Part shown: positions 40,011-50,449 of the stretch, in pieces
How positions within the stretch are numbered: the stretch's first letter is position 1
Layout: each line of letters starts with the position of its first letter
Assembly: GCA_963745835.1 (NCBI GenBank)
Contig: CAVUZH010000014.1
Span: 288,001-352,000, forward strand
From: an uncultured delta proteobacterium
GTDB taxonomy: Bacteria > Desulfobacterota > Binatia > UBA9968
Length of the DNA stretch: 64,000 nt
Direction: 5' to 3'
Translations under genes and position numbers: made by a program
The notes under the pieces: model-generated
Databases searched by the model: none
What the model was told of the DNA's origin: nothing
Seen by the model: only the letters and a program-made list of their open reading frames with translations

Positions 40011-40217
40011 GTTCAAATCGTTCAAGCCGTTCCGAACTTTCGCTCATTTCTATCTCGCTTGCCGAGGCGACGTTGACACTCATCCTCTTTTTCTTCGCTC
40101 TTCAGGTTCCCGCTCGACTTTAAAAGCTTCTCTCTACTCTTACGCCCAATAAACTCTCATCAAGACAGTCCGCCCTTGACGTTTTTAACGACTTGAACTG
40201 TTTGACCCGCTTGAACC
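40011..40217. repeat. Two oppositely oriented GTTCAA micro-arrays between convergent genes
   Basis: GTTCAAATC GTTCAAGCC GTTCCGAAC (40011-40037) and TTGAC..TTTAAC..TTGAAC..TTGACC..TTGAACC (40176-40217). Confidence 0.6.
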
Positions 40218-40226
40218 AAACCGCGA

Positions 40227-40664
40227 TTACGAGCGTACGACGTCTTCGAAACTAGGTTCCGGCATGCCGGCCTTCCACGTCGGATCGCGCAACTCGAGAC
40301 GATTGCCGCTGGGATCGAAGAAATAAAGTTCCCTTCCCGGGAAATAACCTTTTGCGCGATAATACAGGCGATCGATGGCGACCTTCTTTTCCGCAAATAA
40401 CTTGCACGCCTGATCGAGAGTTTCGGGGCTCACCGTAAAAGAGTGGTGCACGTTCTCCTCCTCGACATGGGATTTGTCGACGTTCTCCGCGCGCTGGCAC
40501 AGTAGAATATGTTGATCGCCGACATTGAAGCAGGACATGCCGGAATTGCCGAGCCGCCCCAGCGGCTTTAACCCGAGAAGATCGCCGTAAAATTTTTCCG
40601 ACTCCTCCAGATCGTTAACTGGAATGGACCAGTGCGTGATTCCCTCGATTTTGAGTGATCCCAT
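40227..40664 (-). CDS. VOC/glyoxalase family protein
   Basis: GITHWSIPVNDLEESEKFY..LLG, HHSF, LYFFDPSGNRLE. Confidence 0.92.
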   Translation of the reverse strand: MGSLKIEGITHWSIPVNDLEESEKFYGDLLGLKPLGRLGNSGMSCFNVGDQHILLCQRAENVDKSHVEEENVHHSFTVSPETLDQACKLFAEKKVAIDRLYYRAKGYFPGRELYFFDPSGNRLELRDPTWKAGMPEPSFEDVVRS

Positions 40665-40963
40665 AGAAGACCTCCCATTTACGTTATAGTTTTCTTAAGC
40701 GACATCCGATGCCAGAATAATCCGCTTCTATCGCCGACAAGGGCTTGCTGTCAATCAGCAAACAAGCTGGCCGCAAACATGCGCACGAACAGATCGATCG
40801 GGGACCGGTGCTTGCTCGCAGTTTCGCCGTCGCTGTGATCATGGTAACAAGCGGCGAAGGGAACGACTTAATCTGACCGGAAGGTTTGCGCTTGCTGTTG
40901 CTTGCGGCTCAAGCGGTCCGATGATGTCTCTCCTGACTTCAGACAAGGAAGGTAATTTTCCAC

Positions 40964-41872
40964 ATGAGTTATTTGCCAAAAAAAGGTGTCAGCTTTGAAC
41001 TGATTGAATTTACAAGCGACGGCACGACTGTGCAGGGGGGCATCTTCGGCCCAGACCCAAAGCTTTTCCAGGAGCCCGACACTGCTGTGGTGTTGGTGCA
41101 CGGTGTCGAAGGGTACTGGTATGCCGGACCGACGATGTTTCTCGGATGCTATCTAGCGGAGTACGGTTATGCGGCGCTCGCCTACAACGGTGTCCACTCT
41201 GGAGAGAGCTTTCGAACCTCGAAATTCGAGTGCGCGGTGGAGGAAGTTGATGCTGCCATTGCTTTTGCTCGAACTCGCGGATTCAAGAACATCTTTCTCG
41301 CCGGACATAGCCTGGGCACTCCGATCATCGAGTATTATCAAGGAGACAATCCCAGTCCTTTCGTTAAAGCCCTAGGCGTTTACGGCCCGCACATCGATAT
41401 TCCAAGCGTCACAAAGGAGTCCCTGCTCGGTGCCGATCTGTACGAGAAGTTTGCTGCGGAGTGCCGCAGCTTGGTTGCAAGCGGCAAGGGCGACGAGATT
41501 AAATTTCTGCCATTCCGGGAAGGCAAATTGATCATCACCTCTGCCAAAACATTTCTCAGCTACCGCGACGTCGAGACCAGCAAAGCCGCGGTGGAACAGA
41601 TGATTGCGCATATCAAGGTTCCGCTGTTGATCGTTTATGATCGCGCCGACAACATTCAGGGAAAAGGCACTATCACTCGACGGGAAACTATCGCCGCCCG
41701 GATCAAAGAAAGTGCGGTAAATTGCCCTAGAGCCAATATCGTCGTGATTCCTTCTCACCCCGGCAACTCCCCTTTCCAGGCTCATCTGTTCGTGAACAAT
41801 GAGCGCACGGTCACACAAGAGACGGTGAAGTGGCTGACAAGTGTCGGTCTCGCACCTGCCCGGGCACTATGA
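40964..41872 (+). CDS. Alpha/beta hydrolase
   Basis: VLVHG, LAGHSLG nucleophile elbow, late His (AHLF). Confidence 0.85.
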   Translation: MSYLPKKGVSFELIEFTSDGTTVQGGIFGPDPKLFQEPDTAVVLVHGVEGYWYAGPTMFLGCYLAEYGYAALAYNGVHSGESFRTSKFECAVEEVDAAIAFARTRGFKNIFLAGHSLGTPIIEYYQGDNPSPFVKALGVYGPHIDIPSVTKESLLGADLYEKFAAECRSLVASGKGDEIKFLPFREGKLIITSAKTFLSYRDVETSKAAVEQMIAHIKVPLLIVYDRADNIQGKGTITRRETIAARIKESAVNCPRANIVVIPSHPGNSPFQAHLFVNNERTVTQETVKWLTSVGLAPARAL

Positions 41873-42294
41873 GCGGACATCGTAAGACCGCCATCGAGAA
41901 GCTCCGTCCTGCTAAACGTGCTGTTGTGACTACGCGCACAATTTAAAAGCGGTCGAACTTGTTCGTCAACTGAATCCTGCCGATAGCGAACTGTCTTTTC
42001 GCGAGCGTTGTCGAGCCCAATCATTGCGACTGACTTTTTATCCCCGAATTTGGAAGAGAACTCAGATCAGCGGACCACATTAGCATTTTACAACCCGCCA
42101 AATTTGTCCCGTCCGGCTTTTTTTGGTTAGCCGAGCAGGGATCCGTGCATCGTCTGTAAACCGGAAAGCTATTTGAAAAGAACCGTTTGGCTCGTCTGGC
42201 ATGAAGCTTGCCGTAAATGGGCTCGCGGCCAGCCCGCTTCATGTCGACGGCAAAGCCAGGGTTGCCGAACGGATTTGCTTCTGGATCGAGAATC

Positions 42295-43689
42295 ATGCTT
42301 TCACTGCTTCGCACCTTTGTCTACTGTTGGCTCGCGGCCGCCCTGCTGGGCTGCTCGCTCCCACATCCTCTTCCGATCGATCCACCTGGCTTCGGTGAAA
42401 CCGACGTCCATTCGTCCACGGCCATTAGAACGACTCCAGTTATCGAAATTGAAGCCGCGGCCGCGCCAACGATCCAAGCGCAAAAGAAAGACTTGCCGCA
42501 GAATGGCGAATTCAGTTCCGCCGGGTTGGCAAAAAAAACCACAGAGAAAACTGTCACTCTCAAAGATGCGCACAAAGCTGCGGACGAAATCAGCAGTATC
42601 GTCGAACATCCGAATGCTGCTTCCGACGATGACTTGATCGAACTGTGGCGCAGCGACATGGACCGAGCGATGCAGCAACCACCCGATCAACGCATTCTTC
42701 AGATTTCCCCGGCGGTTGAGGCACACCATCGAGTTCGCTTTTTCGTTGAGGGGTTTTGCGGCCGCATGAGAGATTTTTTTGAGCGCGCTTTGGCACGCTC
42801 AGGCAAGTATCGTTCGATGATGGCGGACATTCTGCGGAGAGAAGGTCTCCCGGACAAGCTTGTCTATCTCGCCTTGATCGAAAGCGGCTTTTCCACTCAC
42901 GCCTATTCACGCGCGCAAGCCTTGGGCCCTTGGCAGTTCATGCGCGGCACCGCGCTTCAGTATGGCCTGACGATCAACCCCTGGCTGGATGAGCGCCGTG
43001 ATCCGGTGCTCTCTACCCGCGCTGCCGCGGCCTACCTCAAGGATTTGCATGAGAAGTTCGGCGAATGGTTTTTGGCGGCAGCAGCATACAACGCAGGGGA
43101 AGGCAGGGTTGGAACGGCCCTGCAACGTTCCAAGACAAATGATTACTGGCTCTTGCGGCAGGAGCGAAAACATCTAAAGCTCGAAACACGCGACTATGTG
43201 CCCAAGTTCATCGCCGCCGCTCTCATCGCGCGGCAACCTGAGCGATATGGTTTCGAAGAGATCTCCTATGAAACGCCCATGGAGTATGACGAGGTGATCG
43301 TCAATCAGCCATTGAGACTCGAAACCGTCGCGCGTCTTGCGAACACCGAGGTAGATAATATCAAAGAACTCAATCCGGCGTTGCTCCGCGATTTCACACC
43401 GCCCACGGAGGGCGGCTTCACTCTTCGACTGCCGGCGGGAAGCCAGGCAGATTTTCTAGCTGGCTATGAACAGTTGGCGGGTTCGGATAAAATAAAAGTG
43501 AGTCTTCATAGAGTAAAAAAGGGTGAGTTACTCGCGCGCATCGCAAAAAAATACAATGTGACGCCTAAGCAACTAGTGGAAGAGAACAGCCTCAAGAGCG
43601 TGCGCCTCCGTCCTGGACAAGAACTCATCATCGTTTCGAACGACGCTGGCGCCGCTCCGCTGGCTTCGAACACCCCTCGCCTTCCATAA
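42295..43689 (+). CDS. mltD: MltD-like lytic transglycosylase lipoprotein (SLT + LysM)
   Basis: LLGC lipobox, LALIESGF, GPWQFM, DERRDP, AAYNAGEG, ETRDYVPKF, LysM HRVKKGE. Confidence 0.9.
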   Translation: MLSLLRTFVYCWLAAALLGCSLPHPLPIDPPGFGETDVHSSTAIRTTPVIEIEAAAAPTIQAQKKDLPQNGEFSSAGLAKKTTEKTVTLKDAHKAADEISSIVEHPNAASDDDLIELWRSDMDRAMQQPPDQRILQISPAVEAHHRVRFFVEGFCGRMRDFFERALARSGKYRSMMADILRREGLPDKLVYLALIESGFSTHAYSRAQALGPWQFMRGTALQYGLTINPWLDERRDPVLSTRAAAAYLKDLHEKFGEWFLAAAAYNAGEGRVGTALQRSKTNDYWLLRQERKHLKLETRDYVPKFIAAALIARQPERYGFEEISYETPMEYDEVIVNQPLRLETVARLANTEVDNIKELNPALLRDFTPPTEGGFTLRLPAGSQADFLAGYEQLAGSDKIKVSLHRVKKGELLARIAKKYNVTPKQLVEENSLKSVRLRPGQELIIVSNDAGAAPLASNTPRLP

Positions 43690-43871
43690 GGCGCCTTAAT
43701 CTGACGCACATCGGCGTTCCGGCAAAATAGTCATCGCAAGATATCCGGTGATTTTTCTCACCGAAAATCTTCACCGCCATTTCAAGCCGACTAGTGCCCT
43801 CGGCGATTTCGTCGATAAAGAACCCGTGGTGCATGGCGTAATAGCCGGCTCTGATGAGCTTCTCGATGTTT

Positions 43872-44657
43872 TTAAAGAACACCCCACGCGTTCAGAATGA
43901 ACGTCGCGATATTGCGGCCACGAGTCAATACCAGTTGTTTTCCGGTCTCCGCGCTTGCCGCTCGCGGCCAGCCGAAATAGCCGCGGCCGCCGCTAAGAGT
44001 GCCATAATCTTCGGTTTCGTTATGAAATGCTTCGACATCATAATCGAAGTTTGGTTCGAGCTGCTCGATCAATTCTTTTCTTACCAAGTCGGGAAAACAA
44101 TGCAGCGCGACTGAGGTCTCCGATTCGCCGCCGTGCCCTTCGCGATCGGGCCTCGGACTGCGGTAAAACTGCTTAACCCCTTCTCGGTAGCAAGCCGCCG
44201 TTACCGCCGGATCACTGGTAAAACCAGTACAAAGAACCTGCGAGATTTTCTCATCGACAAGAACACTGCGGGCCGCCTCCAAAGTTCTCATATGCTCCAG
44301 ATCGCGATGGCCATTGAGAATCACCAGGCGATTGAATCCATGCTTCGCCAGAGAGCGGCCAATATCGACAACTAGAGACTTGAGGGTTTCCGGTTGCAAC
44401 GTCAGCGTTCCGGCAAAATTCAAAGCTTGATGCGCCACGCCATAATTGATGGTCGGCGCCACGATGATCTCATAGCCTTGCTCCTCGAGGTGCGGTGCCG
44501 TCGCCATCGCGTAAGCTTCGGCGGCAAAAGAATCCACTCCCAACGGCAAGTGCGCTCCATGTTCTTCAACTACGCCCACCGGGAGGATAACCAGCGCTTT
44601 GCCGGCGCGAGCAAGACGTTCAACTTCCGGGAAAGGAATCTTGGCTAAATGCTGCAT
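43872..44657 (-). CDS. Creatininase/MftE-family amidohydrolase
   Basis: PVGVVEEHGAHLPLGVD, NGH, GHGGESETS, ASAETGK. Confidence 0.9.
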   Translation of the reverse strand: MQHLAKIPFPEVERLARAGKALVILPVGVVEEHGAHLPLGVDSFAAEAYAMATAPHLEEQGYEIIVAPTINYGVAHQALNFAGTLTLQPETLKSLVVDIGRSLAKHGFNRLVILNGHRDLEHMRTLEAARSVLVDEKISQVLCTGFTSDPAVTAACYREGVKQFYRSPRPDREGHGGESETSVALHCFPDLVRKELIEQLEPNFDYDVEAFHNETEDYGTLSGGRGYFGWPRAASAETGKQLVLTRGRNIATFILNAWGVL

Positions 44658-44780
44658 GATTTACCTCGTTAAACATTGAGCCTTAATGAATTAAAGAGTA
44701 CCGGGCCGCAGCGCAAGGTTCACATTCCGCCCGCATACCTGCACCGCCGTGCTGCTCATTCCCACCAACAAAACAAACAA

Positions 44781-45407
44781 CTACGGTTTCTGTCTCGAAT
44801 CCTTTTCAGGCTTGGCGCGTAAAGTCCGCATCATAATCGCGTAGCGAAGCTCCTTCACCGGCGGAATTGAATGCTGCCAGATCTCTCGCGAAGCTCCGCT
44901 CATCAGATAGACTGAGCGCGGTTCTAGTTCGAGTGATAATACTTCATCACGATTTAATTTCTTCGATCGGACGCGGCTATATTTTCGAAACCTCATCCGG
45001 CATGCCGCGCCAAGGGAGACTCCAACCACAATGCCAAAATACGGAATATCCCGATGCCATCCGATTGGCGAACCAGTAGAATATTCGATGATTGATATTT
45101 GGATCAAACTAGCCGGATCAATCTTAAAGACTTTACCGGCGCGTGCCCGCACCGGTAAAAGAAATAGCGGCATCTCTGGAGCTGCTGTGATTTCACTCGC
45201 GCCGAATTCGTATTGCCAGCCGAAACTAGCTGTTCGCCGCTTGCCAGTAAATTGATAGTACTTAAATGGCTCAAGCTGAAGCTTCTGAATCTCCCGGATA
45301 AGCTCCTGCTCTTCAGCCTCTGAAACGAAGTTTTGTCGATAAATAAATCCACCCGGAACTTGCGCCGAGCCGTCAAATAGAGTCGGGTCGCCATTTGCTT
45401 TGGGCAT
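44781..45407 (-). CDS. AlkB-like 2OG-Fe(II) dioxygenase
   Basis: IGWHRD, VSLG, WQHSI, RYAIMMR. Confidence 0.88.
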   Translation of the reverse strand: MPKANGDPTLFDGSAQVPGGFIYRQNFVSEAEEQELIREIQKLQLEPFKYYQFTGKRRTASFGWQYEFGASEITAAPEMPLFLLPVRARAGKVFKIDPASLIQISIIEYSTGSPIGWHRDIPYFGIVVGVSLGAACRMRFRKYSRVRSKKLNRDEVLSLELEPRSVYLMSGASREIWQHSIPPVKELRYAIMMRTLRAKPEKDSRQKP

Positions 45408-45919
45408 AACATCATCATGCCATTAAGCACCAAAGATTTAACCGGGCCGGCTAAAATTTCTGGCGCCGGGCAAAAGGATCCAGCTTATCGTATGTCAACC
45501 TTCGGTTCACATCTGCGACGAGGCAGATTAGCTAACGCTTCATCGAAGCTGAATGCGGCGGTGGACGTCAGCGTAGCAGTGACAAGGAAGCGTTTTTCTC
45601 GGGCTTAAACACCAGCGGAAGTACCGTAGCGGGCTGGCGCATTAGAAGTCTCAAGAAAAATTTGCGAAGGGCAGCTTTGATGACTCTAGGAGGAAATAAA
45701 AGTGAGGAGAGCGGGGACACATGAGAGATAACACCGGAAACGTGATCAACGAGAGGGATTGCCGTGCCATTAGTCTTTCCCGATCAAGGCTCCCACTCAC
45801 GAGCCGCCGCCGAAGTAATTCGTGATCGCCGGCAATACCCGGAAGGGCGACAGCTCGTTATCGTTGATGAAAGGTTTGCCTCGAGCGGTTTGCAGTGTGC
45901 CGCCGTCATTGCCCGTAAA

Positions 45920-46033
45920 CTACTTTGCGATGCCTTGAACAGCTAGATCTTCATGCGGCGTCCCTTCGGTATTCGACCAGAGTTCGAATAGGACTCCAAT
46001 AATTACTCCAATTACAATTTCTGCGCCGGTCAT
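45920..46033 (-). CDS. 37-aa single-TM small protein, or 5' stub of a pseudogene
   Basis: AAGGAGAAAGGT-ATG; MTGAEIVIGVIIGVLFELW...; frame stays open for about 40 codons beyond the TAG. Confidence 0.45.
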   Translation of the reverse strand: MTGAEIVIGVIIGVLFELWSNTEGTPHEDLAVQGIAK

Positions 46034-46858
46034 ACCTTTCTCCTTAGTGGTAGTGATTAAATCCATGGCTGAGCTGAAGCCCGGGCTCAGCAGCGACAAG
46101 ACGCCTCGTTGCCACCGCAAGAGCGAGGCCAGCAGCGGCTACAGTTCGGTATTGCGAAGCTAGCAATGCAAAGCTTTTGTTTTCGTGGCCTTATTGGTTG
46201 CTACAGCCCTAGATCTAACCAGCAGCAAAGCGATTCCGAGGGAGGCATTGACGAATTTGTTATCTCCGGGTGTATCCGTGGACAAGAATCGAAATCTTCT
46301 TACGCGCGTCGCTCGTAAGGCAAGGCCGTCATCTGTGAATGCCCGGTCCCGGCAGATTTCAGGTAAGCGGTGTGGGTTGGCAACCCGAGATTTAGTTGCT
46401 CGCTTAACGGCACGCATTATTGGCTGCGGAATAGACTAGCTGCTGACGAGCAATTTAGAGGCTGCTCCTGCATGCGAGCAGGCAGCTAGTCGAGACCATC
46501 GATCTCGCCCGGCTGATTTGTTTCGAGCTTTACAAATTATTCACCTTCATTATAGAAACGACTTCGAAGTGAAATCTGATCGTCAGCGAAGCTGACCAGT
46601 CGAGACGGCAGATTTCTCCAGAAATCGTATCTGGCAAAAAAGGAATCAAACTTATTAACGATCAGAGCGCTGCCTATTGTGCAGGGATAACTTCGATCGC
46701 GAGACACAAGTTAACGGCCCAAGCTTCGTACGAATTCGCGAATAGACCCACACAGCGATGCAGTAGCTAAAGCAACATAGAGACCGAGATTTTTCACTTT
46801 CCGTAGGAGGCCCCTGCAGGAATCAAAGTTCGATAGAATCAAAAAGGAGAGTTGCAAC

Positions 46859-47815
46859 ATGTACAAAGGAAAGTTTGAGTGGCCCAACGGAGCCTATATC
46901 GCGGTTGTCTTCAACATGTCGTGGGAAATTCCTCCTAAGACGCTGGGCACCACGGTGGATCAAAACCGCGGACGTGGAGCTTCCTCTGCGGCGAAATACA
47001 CTCGCCTCATGCGCCCGGTTTATGAAACGGCGTTCGCTGAGACAGGCGGTATGCAGCGGCTGCTTGATCTGTGGAAACGATACGAGATTCAGACCAGTAC
47101 CTATGCGGACGGACTGAACGTAAGTCTGTTCCCTCAGCTAGCCCGCGAAGTCGCGGCAAACGGTCATGAATTTCTCGTTCAGGGCTGGGATCATGAATTT
47201 TTATGTGACATGACGGCGCAAGAACAAGCCGAGGGAATCGCGCGGGCCAACAAAGCGTTTGAAAACGTGCTTGGCAAAAAAGCTTCGGGTTTCAGTTCTC
47301 CAGGCGGGCATCTTACGCCGGAAACTTTCTCCATCCTCGCCGAGCAAGGGTTCAAATATACCTGCGGTATGCGCAACGCCGAAGTTCCGTTCATCATCCG
47401 GGTCAACGGTAAGAAGCTGGTCGGGATGACAAGTTATGCAGTGTCCGATACCAACTCCAGTAAGGGCATGAATGTGCGCGAGATCGTCGAGATGTGGCGC
47501 GATTATTTCGATGCCCTCTACGATGAGGGCAAACGTGGCTTCCCGAAGATGCTCGCCTATGGCACTCATCCCGTCCTGGCCCATGGTTTTCGCACAAGAC
47601 CTCTCGAAGAAGTAATTCGTCACGTTAGAGCAAAATCTAACGTGTGGATTACCACCCGCGATCAGATCGCCGATTGGGTCCTGCAAAACTATCCCGAAAG
47701 GGATCTCGCCAGCTTTTATCCAGAGGCCGTCGCATCCGACAAACATTACGGACTTGGCATGGGTCTCGGTGGTGAGGAGGCAATCAGCGAGGCGCTACGC
47801 TACCGCCGAGAATAG
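46859..47815 (+). CDS. Polysaccharide deacetylase (PuuE/CE4-like) family protein
   Basis: WPNGAYIAVVFN, GMQRLLDL, GHEFLVQGWDH, GFSSPG, YGTHP, VWITTRDQIA. Confidence 0.85.
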   Translation: MYKGKFEWPNGAYIAVVFNMSWEIPPKTLGTTVDQNRGRGASSAAKYTRLMRPVYETAFAETGGMQRLLDLWKRYEIQTSTYADGLNVSLFPQLAREVAANGHEFLVQGWDHEFLCDMTAQEQAEGIARANKAFENVLGKKASGFSSPGGHLTPETFSILAEQGFKYTCGMRNAEVPFIIRVNGKKLVGMTSYAVSDTNSSKGMNVREIVEMWRDYFDALYDEGKRGFPKMLAYGTHPVLAHGFRTRPLEEVIRHVRAKSNVWITTRDQIADWVLQNYPERDLASFYPEAVASDKHYGLGMGLGGEEAISEALRYRRE

Positions 47816-47866
47816 ATAAGATTCAGAAACCGATCGACACGGCCCGGTAGGTTCTAGGAGGATGAA

Positions 47867-49543
47867 ATGGCGACAGTTGCCGAGATCGTTGCAGAGACGT
47901 TGGTGAAGTATGAGACGGAGTATTTTTTCTGCTTCATGGGCGGCGACCATGAGCTTTGGTATGCACTCCACGATGCAGGCATACGCATCATCAACTGCCG
48001 CAGCGAGCCAGGCGCCGTCTATATGGCCGACGGATACGCGCGAATCTCAGGCAAGCCTGGTTTCGTTTACGGACAACGCGGACCCGGTGTAGCGAACGTC
48101 GCCGGCGCCATGGCCGATCCACTTTGGGCCGGCAGCCCTTTAATCTCGCTTACCAGCTCCATCGGTATGCCTTCTCGAGACCGTTATGAGTATCAGGAAC
48201 TCGACGGCTTGAAGATGCACACCGCGGTTGCCGGTTGGAACAAGACGGTGTCGGTACCCGAGCGCGCGGCGGCCATGGTACGAGCTGCGATACGCGTGGC
48301 GACCGGGCCGGCTCCGGCTCCTGTACATCTGGAAATCCCGGCAGAGATGTTCGGCGCTGACGCAGGATCAGAAACGGCTTACCGCGAGGAGAATCTCGGC
48401 AAAGTCACATCGAGGCGGATTCCGCCGCCTTTAGGTGCAATGCAGGCGGTGATCGACGAGTTGCGCAGAGCAAACCGCCCATTGATCGTAGCCGGCAAAG
48501 GCATAGTCATTTCCGAGGCGTGGGACGAGCTTACGCGATTCGCAGAAGCGCTGAGCGTGCCGGTGGTAACTTCTCTCGGCGGCAAGGGCGCGATCTCTGA
48601 AGACCACGACCTGGCGGTGGGAACTATCGGCCGCAACTCGCGCAAGGTGGGCAATGATACCGTGCGCGACGCCGATCTCATACTTGCCATCGGCACCCGG
48701 CTCGGTGGTTTAGCAACCCATCGCTGGACACTGCCCTTCGACAAGAAACCACTCATTCAGATTGACACGAATCACGAGATTCTCGGCCACAACTTCCGCG
48801 CCATCTTGACCATTCTGGCCGACGCCAAGTTGGCGTTAGAAAGCGGGCTCGCCGCGATTGAATCTGGAAAGCTCTACAGGGAGCGCACGCACTGGGCAAA
48901 GCAGGTATCGTCCAATGTGGCCATCTGGCAAAAACACGCCAAGTCCATGGCGGAAGAAAAGCTGAAGGATGGAATTCATCCGGCGGAAGTCGTGGCGTGC
49001 CTGCGTGAAATCATGGGGCCAAACGATTTAATCGGGGCCGATACGGGCGCCATCGGCTCATGGGTAGGCTCCCTGTTTTCGGTAAAACCAGGCAAGACCA
49101 TGGTTCGAGCCAACGGTTCGCTCGGCTGGGTCGTGCCGGGCGTGATGGGCGGGGCGCTAGCACGGCCAAATCATCGGGCTGTGGCGGTCTCAGGCGACGG
49201 CGGCATCCTTTATCATATCGGCGAATTGGAAACGGCGCTCCGTTGCAATATTCCGGTGGTTGTAGTCGTGTTAAACAATAGTTGTCTAGCCTCTGAGTAC
49301 CATACTGAAAAGCGCCTAAAAGGAGGCCGCGTTGTTTCGGAAGTGCTCGACTTTAACAATACAGACTTCGCCGCCATTGCCAAAGCGTTCGGCGCCCACG
49401 GAGCGCGGGTTAATGACAGCAAGAACCTCAAGCAGGCTGTCGGCGATGCCTTAGCCTCAGAGATGCCCGCGCTTGTCGATGTCGTCGTGAGCAAGGAAGC
49501 AGTTGCCCCTTCTGCCGGCCAGGATCGTACACGCAAGGTTTAG
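47867..49543 (+). CDS. ThDP-dependent enzyme (acetolactate synthase-like superfamily)
   Basis: RSEPGAVYMADGYAR, GPGVAN, YQELD, GDGG...NN. Confidence 0.92.
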   Translation: MATVAEIVAETLVKYETEYFFCFMGGDHELWYALHDAGIRIINCRSEPGAVYMADGYARISGKPGFVYGQRGPGVANVAGAMADPLWAGSPLISLTSSIGMPSRDRYEYQELDGLKMHTAVAGWNKTVSVPERAAAMVRAAIRVATGPAPAPVHLEIPAEMFGADAGSETAYREENLGKVTSRRIPPPLGAMQAVIDELRRANRPLIVAGKGIVISEAWDELTRFAEALSVPVVTSLGGKGAISEDHDLAVGTIGRNSRKVGNDTVRDADLILAIGTRLGGLATHRWTLPFDKKPLIQIDTNHEILGHNFRAILTILADAKLALESGLAAIESGKLYRERTHWAKQVSSNVAIWQKHAKSMAEEKLKDGIHPAEVVACLREIMGPNDLIGADTGAIGSWVGSLFSVKPGKTMVRANGSLGWVVPGVMGGALARPNHRAVAVSGDGGILYHIGELETALRCNIPVVVVVLNNSCLASEYHTEKRLKGGRVVSEVLDFNNTDFAAIAKAFGAHGARVNDSKNLKQAVGDALASEMPALVDVVVSKEAVAPSAGQDRTRKV

Positions 49544-49604
49544 ATCGAAGAGAATCGGTGCGTGGCCGCAAGGGTGCGCAGAAGTAGTCGCGAGGAGATT
49601 TTAG

Positions 49605-50441
49605 ATGAGCAACTATGAAGTGGCCGGATCTTTAGGTTTGCAAGGCAAGACGGTGGCCGTCGTAGGCGGCGGCGGTGCAAACAACGGCATCGGCCGCGCC
49701 ACCGCGATTTTATTCGCTAAGCTCGGGGCGAAAGTCGCGGTTCTGGATATCAACAGCGAAGCGGCTGCCGAAACAGCAAGGGGGATTAACGCAGTCGCAG
49801 AGAACGCTGCCTCGGTCTGGCAGCTCGACGCACTGAATGCGGAGCAGGTTGATAAAACTTTAAAAGAGATTTTGGAAAAGTATAAGCGCATCGATGTTTG
49901 GGTCCATATCGTCGGTGGGCATAAGGGAAGAACTCTTATTGAAGAGATTCCTCTGGATGTGTGGAAACTGAACATAGAAATCAATCTGACGAGCGCGTTC
50001 ATCGGCTCACGCGCAATCCTCCCTATCATGAAGCGGCAGAGAAACGGCAAGATCGTCCTGGTAAGTTCGTTCGCCGCGCGCTCTATCTCTGTTTCCGGCG
50101 CTGACTACGCCGTAGCAAAAGCAGCGATTATCACCTTTATGAAGCAGCTCGCCTATGAAGGCGGTTTTTTCAACATCAATGTCAATGCGATTGTCCCGGG
50201 GCCGACCCATGAGCCAAACCCGGAGAAAGATCGCACAGACGGCCGTTTACCGAGAGTTCCTTTGGGGCGTTTCGCACGGCCCGAGGACCAGGCGAAGGCG
50301 ATTGTATTTTTGGCTTCCGCATGGTCGGAAATGATCACGGGTGTAGCATTGGATGTTGACGCCGGTATGCAGCTTGGATTTGTCGATTGGGAGACATATC
50401 TATCGAAACACCAGAGTCCTACAAATATAAGAGAGGGGTAA
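49605..50441 (+). CDS. SDR oxidoreductase
   Basis: GGGGANNGIG, YAVAK, INVNAIVPG, PLGRFARPED. Confidence 0.9.
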   Translation: MSNYEVAGSLGLQGKTVAVVGGGGANNGIGRATAILFAKLGAKVAVLDINSEAAAETARGINAVAENAASVWQLDALNAEQVDKTLKEILEKYKRIDVWVHIVGGHKGRTLIEEIPLDVWKLNIEINLTSAFIGSRAILPIMKRQRNGKIVLVSSFAARSISVSGADYAVAKAAIITFMKQLAYEGGFFNINVNAIVPGPTHEPNPEKDRTDGRLPRVPLGRFARPEDQAKAIVFLASAWSEMITGVALDVDAGMQLGFVDWETYLSKHQSPTNIREG

Positions 50442-50449
50442 TCATTGAT

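Noticed and set aside
41960-42295. c-di-AMP (ydaO) or c-di-GMP-I riboswitch upstream of mltD (CTGAATCC; GGCAAAGCCAGGGTTGCCGA)
   Set aside because: Only short word matches; core elements (GGGGGAACC/CAGCTAAC, or GAAA-tetraloop P2 with GACGCAAA) are absent
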